Positions 1 to 6,785 of a stretch of 11,325 nt of DNA are shown here, piece by piece. Positions within the stretch are counted from its first letter, which is position 1. Each line of letters opens with the position of its first letter. The translations under genes were made by a program, and so were the position numbers. Source of the DNA: Chlorokybus atmophyticus. Taxonomy: Eukaryota; Plantae; Mesostigma and Chlorokybus algae. The notes beneath the pieces were generated by a model. The model was not told where the DNA came from. It worked only from the letters and a program-made list of their open reading frames with translations, and did no database searches. The stretch spans positions 475,826-487,150 of the forward strand of contig RHPI01000818.1 of NCBI GenBank assembly GCA_009103225.1, written 5' to 3'.

Positions 1-23
1 AATTGACTGACAAACTTTTCCAG

Positions 24-455
24 GTGGGCAAGCGCCCGGGGAAGGTGCAGCGCTGGTTGGGGAAGGTTAGCATCGGTGACGGATACAAGCAGTGCAAGCT
101 TGATGACTGGGCGGTATCCACGCATGGCTACGAGGACACTGGCCCTTTTGCTATTCGAACCGTTGTGAAGGGTCCAGTGACGTGCAATGTATCGCAGCAT
201 GAGAGAGCCACCAGCCCGGCGGCGCCGCCCGACCCTGTGCCCGACCCTGAGCCCGCTCCCATGCCACTGCTCACGTCCTTCGATGTTGGCGTCATTGGCT
301 ACACTGCTGTGCGTCTCACCATCGAGACCGTCAATCAGACTCCAGTTGGCTGGAGCCTTGCATCGGGATCAGTTGTGGGGGATGTGCTGCGCGCAGGGCC
401 GATCATACCTATCGTGGATGGACCTTGGCCCATGCAGCTACCCGAGGCCCAGTGA
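24..455 (+). CDS. Terminal exon of a gene that begins left of the window; unknown product with a Pro-rich linker (possibly the C-terminus of a transposon protein)
   Basis: Branch-like CTGAC at 7-11 and TTTTCCAG acceptor at 21-23. An open frame of 143 codons follows (VGKRPGKVQRWLGKV...PWPMQLPEAQ) to TGA 453-455. The TTG 'start' at position 3 in the ORF track is intronic. Confidence 0.65.
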   Translation: MGKRPGKVQRWLGKVSIGDGYKQCKLDDWAVSTHGYEDTGPFAIRTVVKGPVTCNVSQHERATSPAAPPDPVPDPEPAPMPLLTSFDVGVIGYTAVRLTIETVNQTPVGWSLASGSVVGDVLRAGPIIPIVDGPWPMQLPEAQ

Positions 456-745
456 CTCTGTGCACATGCAATGCGTGTACAGTTTTGTGCAGGTTCAGGC
501 TGTCATAGTGGTGCTGTCTGAGCCATGTACCAGGTTCAGCAGTGACCTTGGCCAGTGACATTGGCGAGCAAGCCCTTGGCCCCATGTATATATATCCTTG
601 CATGTAAGTATGTGTAGATGCATGTGTGCGATCAGTCTGCAGCACTGCATCAAAGAATGCAATGGTGGGAGTACAACTTAGGCTGTGTACATGGTCTGCT
701 GATGTCCGTCACAGATTGCATTCCCCGACATGTGTTGGTGTATGT

Positions 746-852
746 GCTGGGGCAGCCTCGTGCGTAAGGCCTCGGTGTCCTTCCCTGTGCCCTTGCACAA
801 GTTGGTTGGCGCAAAACGCTGGGGCAGCCTCGTGCGTGAGGCCTCGGTGTCC
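746..852. repeat. 35-bp direct repeat x2 (746-780, 818-852), 72-bp period
   Basis: gctggggcagcctcgtgcgt(a/g)aggcctcggtgtcc, 34/35 identical. Confidence 0.95.
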
Positions 853-910
853 AGGTTGCATGGTTGCATTCTTCTTGTAAATGCGTCTGCAGTTGTGATG
901 GTTGTGGGTG

Positions 911-998
911 AGTTGTCAACTACTACTACCAGTGGGGCTCGCAACATCCACATTAGTGTGGAATTCGTGAGCCACACTGGCAGTAGTAGTTGACAACT
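911..998. repeat. Long inverted repeat / 88-nt hairpin
   Basis: Arms 911-942 and 967-998 are reverse complements at 29/32 positions. The spacer contains a second stem, tccaca-ttag-tgtgga. Confidence 0.95.
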
Positions 999-1051
999 AC
1001 GGGTTGTAGCTCCGCCTAAACAGATGTTCGAGTTTTTTATTTTTTATTATC

Positions 1052-1100
1052 GCAATCTGGTATACTATAGTACATAAGCAATTTGGTACACTATAGTACA
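1052..1100. repeat. 23-bp direct repeat x2 with palindromic ACTATAGT core (candidate promoter element)
   Basis: gcaatctggtatactatagtaca (1052-1074) and gcaatttggtacactatagtaca (1078-1100), 21/23 identical. It follows a T-rich tract at 1033-1050. Confidence 0.85.
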
Positions 1101-1156
1101 CGAATGCAATATTATTCATTGTCATCTTTGTGCTTGTGACAGGCGGCATTTAGTAT

Positions 1157-1229
1157 GGTCGGAGACAGAGTCGTGAGTCGTGAGTCGTGACTGGGGGAGG
1201 TCGGAGACAGAGTCGTGAGTCGTGACTGG
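1157..1229. repeat. Compound direct repeat: GGTCGGAGACAGA + (GTCGTGA)n + CTGG, n=3 and n=2
   Basis: Copies at 1157-1194 and 1199-1229 are identical except for one heptamer unit. Confidence 0.9.
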
Positions 1230-1349
1230 TGTCCGATAAGCACATTTGCTGATGTGTCGAGCAGAATGCACAATCGATTCCATACGCACGGCAGTACCCT
1301 ACGCAGTGCTTGTTGCTCGTGGTGTTGGCGGCGGCGACGACGGCGGTAG

Positions 1350-1714
1350 GTGAGCGGCTGCTAGCGGCACACTTGTCTGTCTCACTGTGCTGCTATCGGT
1401 TTCATGCTCAATTCCTCATGACCATAAAGCACAGCTTTCTTGTAGACATGCAGGCAAGGTTTGTGCATGCACTGGCATTTGCCTGCTAGCTTGCTGTTCA
1501 GCTGGACTAAGTCATGTTAGCAGATGGCACGGAGCTGAACGACGTGCTTCGGCAAGGTAAAGTACGGTTTGCTTGATGTGTGAAGCACATGCACATGGCC
1601 AAGCAGCTGCAGTCAACTGAGGCAGTTAACTGAGGTTTCTGGTTGAACAGTGTTGCGGTTGTGCACAGCTTGACAAGCAGTTTGACCTACTAGTTTGACC
1701 TACTCAATACACAG
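1350..1714 (+). other. Probable spliced 5' leader of the downstream gene: introns 1350-1445, 1459-1523, 1557-1714, with small exons 1446-1458 and 1524-1556
   Basis: Donors AG|GTGAGC (1350), AAG|GTTTGT (1459) and AAG|GTAAAG (1557); acceptors TTGTAG (ends 1445), TAGCAG (1523) and ACACAG (1714). It is unresolved whether these exons are coding (DGTELNDVLRQ is in frame) or UTR. Confidence 0.5.
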
Positions 1715-1728
1715 GTGGAGCAGTGGTC

Positions 1729-4407
1729 ATGTCAGGCACGACGTCTGGTGGGCGGTCTAGCGACCTGAGTGGAGGCTGGGAAAGCTTGGACGATGAGATC
1801 TGGGGCAAAAGTGCTGGTGCACCATCAGATGAGCAGCTCCAGCGTGAGTGGGAAAAATCTGAGGAGACGGCTCACCTCCGCGACCTTGAGACCACAGCAA
1901 TGCTGCCCTTGAAAGTGAGCTTACAATGATGTGCAAGCAACCACTGTCGATATGAGCATGTGCTGCCGGAGTCTGTCTCAATTTCTGAGGTTTGCACAAG
2001 CAACTCACACTGTTGATATTGTTGTAACAGCGCTCTAGTATGCAATATTTGCACTGTGCAGGCACTGAAGGTCCTTCATTGGCGTGGTCAGCATCATACC
2101 AGTGATCGCCGCGATATCACAAAGCTGGCGGACAAGGGCCGGATTTGCTATGAGTACTGTCGTTTGCTACCGGGGAAGACCCAGACGAAGCAGGACCCAC
2201 TTAAGTTTGCTCTTGCAGTTACATGCTGGCATCTGCTTCATCCAGAGTTCCGTCCTGAAAAGGTTGGCAAGGTTGTCAGAGTGTCACCAGCTGTCGAGCA
2301 GCATAGTTCAAGCTTGAAGGATTTTGCATTCGGTGGCAGTCACCACTCTGGGCCTGGTGCAGGCAAAAACGATAATTCAGGACTTTCTTACCAACAAAAA
2401 GGCATATACCAACGCCAAGCACAAAGAAAGGCAGAGACAGAAGAGTAGGGAACGTTACAAGGAGATGATAGAGCGCGCTGAAGCAGGGGGGTTTGAGCGA
2501 AAGCGCAAGGGAGCGCCCAGGGACAAGAACAACAAGGTGTGTGCCATGCAGTGACTGAGTTGTCTGTGCAATGTTTGCATGTCTTAAGTGCCTTTGCCAT
2601 GTGCATAATTGCAGGTCAAAGACAAGTCAAAGGCAAGAGACAGCTCCTCGCTGCACCACTCTGCCAGCGACGCAGAGAATGCCACCTCGCAGGGTAAGCT
2701 ACGGTTTGGTAAATGACTATGTTGAGAACGACACGCTTTCCATTTAATAGTGCCTTATGTATGCAGGGTGTGAGGTGTGTATGATAGTCCCTTGTGCATG
2801 CACGGCGCCCACGCGTTCACCTCCCGTCAGCAACGCCAGCGACAACCGAAATGTCACCTCGCAGCGTGAGCCATGTTTTGCGCGCGCGGGTCGCTGCGGG
2901 AGGTATTGTGTATACACTGTTCTGATCGGTGCCTTGTGCGTGCGATAGGTAACAAGGAAGGCACTGCGCCACAACCCACAAGGTCACCCGCTACTGGTTC
3001 ACAGGTTAGATGTCTGTCATCATTACACGAGCAGCCAAATGCTTGTACTCTCCTGTACATGTCATCATGACCGTTCATGACTGTTGTGTTCAGGCACCTG
3101 CCAAACAGGATGCTGATGTGCGTGATACCAGCTCAGCTCTCAAGGTATGCAACAACGACTGGAGCAAGTATCTAACAAGCATATCAGTTTTTGCAACCGA
3201 AATCGCACCACATGTAGACACAGGACGCCGCGAATGTCATGGAGCTCATGAAAGAAAAGGAAGGCAGAGGGCAAGGGAAGCGCAAAGTGTCTGGTGATGT
3301 ACGCACCACTCTGCTTCACAACGAATGGCATAGCATTACGTTGTGGCTCACAATCTGATGTGTATGCTGTTGGCAGGAGACTGAGGTGTTAAGCCCCCAA
3401 AAGAAAGCAAAGACTGTTCGCTCAATTCCGGCTCCCTACAAGTCTAAGGAGGCAGGCCCCTCGACTGGCAAGCAGGAGAAGATGTTGGATCAAAAGAGGG
3501 GCAAGCAAAAGGAGGTATGAAGGACCATCTATGTGCGCTTATAGGCTTCTTGGGTCCTTCTGGTTGCGGAAAAAATGTCACTGCAGCAGACTCGCATGCA
3601 TGCCTATCAATCGTAAGCTTGATAACGCGGCGTGCCACCTGGTTGCACAGGATGAGCCATCGTATTCAGAAGTATCCGAGATAGACAAAAGCGAGGACAA
3701 CGATGAAGATGGCGCCAAAGACAATGCGAACAGCCCCAACGACAGTGACAACGACTCCCAAAAGGCAGTTTTTTTGCAAGCGCTATATAGGAGAGTGCAT
3801 CTGTGTATGTGTCTGCCAGTTGATGTGTTTGTCACTTGCATGCGCAGGAAGACCTGAGCGACAAGGATGACACTGCACCGACGATGAAGGTTGGTGATGA
3901 AGTCAAGTTGTTCATCGATGGGCGCAAGGAGCCAGTAGGGGAGGCGCACGTAAGCGACATCACGCCCGTCAACAAGTTTTATGGCAAGAAGATTGGAGAG
4001 GGTAACATGGTGGTCCAGTTCAGCCGCAGTCTTCACATCACTAGGACCAGACGTTCTGGTGCAGGGGAAGAAGAGGTTGTGCCTTTGCCAATTAGCTTCA
4101 AGCGTGATGGGGTTGGAGTGCAAGTGACCCACTTGAGAGGTGAACGATGATTGCGTGCTGACTGTGCGTGCGTTATGACAACACACTGCATCTGACGTAT
4201 TCATGTGTGGTTGATGCATGTGAAGAGTGCGAGGCGGGGTTGTTGCTACTTTGGCCTACTAGGTTGATGAAGACCATCAAGGTGAGGGAGCTGCCAGCAA
4301 AGGAAGGCACATCCACACCGCGGGGGAGAGGCCGTGGGAAGGGGAGTCGGGGTGGTCGGGGTGGTCGTGGTGGTCGGGGTGGTCGGGGGCGAAGCAGCAG
4401 GAAGTAG
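1729..4407 (+). CDS. Multi-exon CACTA/EnSpm TnpA-like (Tnp1/DUF8039-like) transposon accessory protein, about 546 aa
   Basis: Exons 1729-1914, 2062-2262, 2363-2536, 2615-2693, 2767-2865, 2949-3004, 3094-3144, 3218-3286, 3377-3514, 3651-3764 (GC donor; alternative GT donor at 3768), 3848-4139 and 4226-4407 join with compatible phases into 1641 nt with no internal stop. The spliced C-terminus VKLFIDGRKEPVGEAHVSDITPVNKFYGKKIGEGNMVVQF...VPLPISF...VTHLRECEAGLLLLWPTRLM follows the 'V.L...VA.g.v...hG..lg.g...V...LP.p...tl.e..g..l.WP' pattern I recall for the TnpA/Tnp1 C-terminal domain. The start codon is uncertain. Confidence 0.7.
4348..4386 (+). repeat. 9-bp coding tandem repeat encoding (RGG)4R
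   Basis: cggggtggt cggggtggt cgtggtggt cggggtggt cgg, inside the last exon. Confidence 0.95.
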
Positions 4408-4594
4408 ATATTGCCGCAGGAGATTCCCACCTGCAAGTGCAGCTCTAGGTAGCAGACATACATTGTAGTCAGCATTGAATGTGTTGTTGTAAGTCGGCTG
4501 CCATTCAGCTGACATTGCTGGGCTGGCTGGACGGACTGCTGTGAATATTATCAGTAGCACTGCATATATGGGTCTTGTTCTACTCGAAATCACT

Positions 4595-5080
4595 TGAATA
4601 TTCATAGTTACATTGACGGTCGTAAAACAGCAGCTTACCATTGTTCAACTTCATTGCCATTGAATAACTACTCACATGTAGGACTTTGTGTGCAGGCTAG
4701 ATTACTATGAGTAATCAAACAATACATGCGTGCATATTCAGTGGTGTAGTACAGTTGCAGCACCACACCATACAGGGTGAATATTCAACTCTACTGCAAG
4801 TGAAAGTTTTGGGTGACTGTAAGTGTTCAAACAATCCCTGCGTGCATATTCAAGTCTGTTGCAGCTGCCATATGGAATACTACAGGTATTCAAACGAATC
4901 CTGCCTGTGAATGTTCAACGCTTTTGCAAGAGTCTGTCTTGCCTAACTACAAGTATTCAAACGATTCCTGCTTGAATATTCAGTGGTGTAATACATGTGA
5001 TGGTCACAGCACTACACCATACATGTTGAATGTACAGCTCCACTGCAAGTGAATAAATGCCCCACATATAGGACTAGTGT
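4595..5080. repeat. Dispersed repeat field resembling transposon subterminal repeats
   Basis: Four 31-33-bp units, RGTRWTCAAAC...TGC..TG(C/A)ATRTTCA, at 4710-4740, 4822-4852, 4885-4917 and 4952-4982. Perfect TGAATATTCA palindromes at 4595-4604, 4778-4787 and 4973-4982. A ~100-bp degenerate direct repeat (~4710-4804 vs ~4952-5053), and cacat(g/a)taggact.(.)gtgtgca at ~4674 and ~5063. Confidence 0.85.
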
Positions 5081-5139
5081 GCAATTTAATTGCCACAGGG
5101 ATATTCACCGACAATTACATTGAACAGGCTTTGACACCT

Positions 5140-5248
5140 TTTAGACCAAACGGTCTGAATAGCCACCTCGACATGCAGGAGCCAGGGACGCCGTATTCTA
5201 GGCTATTCACCCCTGTTTTTGTTGACTATTCAGACCAAACAGTCTGAA
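5140..5248. repeat. Two 20-bp hairpin-forming direct repeats enclosing a 9-bp inverted repeat
   Basis: tttagaccaaacggtctgaa (5140-5159) and ttcagaccaaacagtctgaa (5229-5248), 18/20 identical. tgaatagcc (5156-5164) is the reverse complement of ggctattca (5201-5209). Confidence 0.85.
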
Positions 5249-5358
5249 AATCCAGGAATCGGGGGGGCTCAGAATTACCGGTGCAGCAGCAGCAGCAGAA
5301 TCGTCAAGTTATCTGCAACTGCAGTTCCAGTGGATGCCGCGGCATGGTAAGCAGTGCA

Positions 5359-5526
5359 GTCTATGAGTTATGCAATATATTGCTCTGACCGAAAGTCTCA
5401 TAGTCCAGTGTCTACGAGTCATGCACTCCATTGCTCTGACCTAAAGTCTCATAGGCACTGTCCAGTGTCTACGACTTATGCATTCCTTTGCTGAGACCTA
5501 AGGACTCATAGGCACTGGACAGTGCC
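5359..5526. repeat. Three-copy ~45-bp minisatellite with palindromic spacers, inside intron 5347-5640
   Basis: Units start at 5359, 5410 and 5467 (periods 51 and 57), consensus gtctaYgagtYatgca...ttgctctgacctaaagtctcatag. Donor G|GTAAGC at 5347, branch point CTAAC at 5618-5622, acceptor CATAG ending at 5640. Confidence 0.85.
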
Positions 5527-5640
5527 AGTCTGGTCTATGACACAGCCATGCACGCGTTTGTCTTGCTTGTGATTCTTGATAGCGTGGCGATGTGGATTGG
5601 TGTTGATCGCAGGCGTGCTAACCAAGATCTGTCATCATAG

Positions 5641-6785
5641 ATGGTGGACGAAGCAGTTGCAAGGGCGCACCGTGCACTTGACCTGGCAGTTGCCGCAAGC
5701 AGGTGGGCACCACCTATTCCCCATAGTCAACCTCTCGAGCTCAGCCAACCACCATCGGAGTCTGCTACGAAGAAGTGGCTGGATATCTACCTAAAGATTG
5801 TGACATCCCTGGAAGATTCTGGTGTCCAGGTTGCTCTCGTCAACGAGATTATGAAGCTCATCTTTGGCCAGATAAATTCTGTGGTCAAGCTGGCCTTGGA
5901 GGTTCCTTTTGAACAGGAGCAGTTGCGGGATGACATTGCCAGCCTCATAGGCGACACAATATCGCACAGCCCTGTCGCGGATGAGCTGCCGACAGACATT
6001 GCCGCCGTGGATAAACTGTTGGCCGCGCTCGGCATGCCTGTTCCTTAGCGCCTGACCGTCTGTCCCACATGCAAGTACTTGTTTGATGCACCTTATCCCA
6101 CACTCAATGAAGATGACGAAGACTCGGACACGAGCGAGACCAAGCAAAAAATGATTGATCGCCTTCGCAACACACCGTGCGAAGGGGGATGCGGTAGGGT
6201 TCGCAAAGAATGTTGCGACTTCTTGTACAATCGTATAGGTGCCTGGCTCAGCGCCAAATTAGCTGTCCCTTCAATCGCTCACGACTATCTGGAGGAATGG
6301 CGCCACAAAGATGAGTGGTTGCACGTCCCTGTGGAACAAGTACCTGCTGCAGAGTTGAGAGTCAGAGTTGAGAGTCACTGCAGCCGACATCCCCTTGCCG
6401 GTGTGGCCAGAAAAGGGCGATGTCCTGGAGATGCGGCACAACAGCAAGTCCATTTTCGACTTCAGACTTCCGCATGAGCCCCCAGATGAAGATCCTGCTG
6501 ACCCACCCCCTTGGGTTGTTGTGGTCAAAGAGGTGCGGTCCGACGGTCATATGGTAGTCGACTACCTGAAGAAGGCAGGGGGGAGGAGGCTAGGCGTCTG
6601 GGTGGTTAACACAGCTGCGAGCGACCAGGTGGAGGACCCTTTCTCAGCCAAAACAAAGCTCGACTGGCCAAGGCAAGGGAGCAGCAGAAGCAGCTGCGCT
6701 TGGACTGAGAGAAGTAGAAGTGATGGACGGCGAATGAAATTCAACCAACATCGCATGTATTGGAAGCCAGGACAGCAGGCAGCAA
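5641..6785 (+). pseudogene. Disrupted N-terminal fragment of a CACTA/EnSpm (Tnp2/Transposase_21-like) transposase
   Basis: ORF-track entries 5641-6048, 6079-6477 and 6368-6949 form one reading frame, broken by TAG 6046-6048 and a 13-bp duplication at 6351-6376. The motif series LPTDIAAVDKLLAALG..VCPTC...C..GCG.VR..FLYNRIGAWL...PSI...LEEWRHKDEW matches the N-terminal zinc-binding region of CACTA-superfamily transposases as I recall it. Donor A|GTGAGT at 6786. No DDE core is visible. Confidence 0.65.

Larger units (their letters stand above)
1..6785 (+). mobile_element. CACTA/EnSpm-superfamily DNA transposon-derived region (one or two elements; termini unresolved)
   Basis: A TnpA-like gene, a Tnp2-like transposase fragment and a dense field of short direct and inverted repeats occur together. 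No TIR pair with a 2-3-bp TSD could be confirmed in the window. Confidence 0.55.

Noticed and set aside
746-852. CRISPR-like repeat-spacer-repeat (35-bp repeat, 37-bp spacer, internal palindrome)
   Set aside because: Only two repeats, no cas genes, and an intron-rich eukaryotic context.
2263-2362. Apparent frameshift between ORFs 2056-2448 and 2324-2554
   Set aside because: Resolved by a 100-nt intron (AAG|GTTGGC ... GTGCAG|GCA) with matching phase 0.
3578-4219. 213-aa minus-strand ORF
   Set aside because: Antisense shadow of the TnpA-like exons; it runs through plus-strand introns and has Ser/Leu-rich composition.
4630-4655. Possible right-hand TIR matching the 975-998 CACTG arm (ttgttcaacttcattgccattg)
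   Set aside because: Only about two-thirds identity with gaps, no CAGTG end and no TSD.
4710-4982. CRISPR-like array of four ~31-bp repeats
   Set aside because: Repeats are degenerate, spacings are irregular (112, 63, 67 bp), and some spacers are homologous to each other.
4707-5052. ORFs 4707-4910 and 4813-5052 with repeated QTIxACIF-like peptides
   Set aside because: The peptide similarity comes from the DNA repeats, which fall in different frames; there are no supporting splice signals.
5075-5079. TAGTG as a canonical CACTA right terminus
   Set aside because: A five-base match is expected by chance, the TATTCA repeat motif continues about 170 bp beyond it, and there is no partner TIR in the window.
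5283-5297. (CAG)5 microsatellite
   Set aside because: Short and common in this CAG-rich sequence; uninformative.
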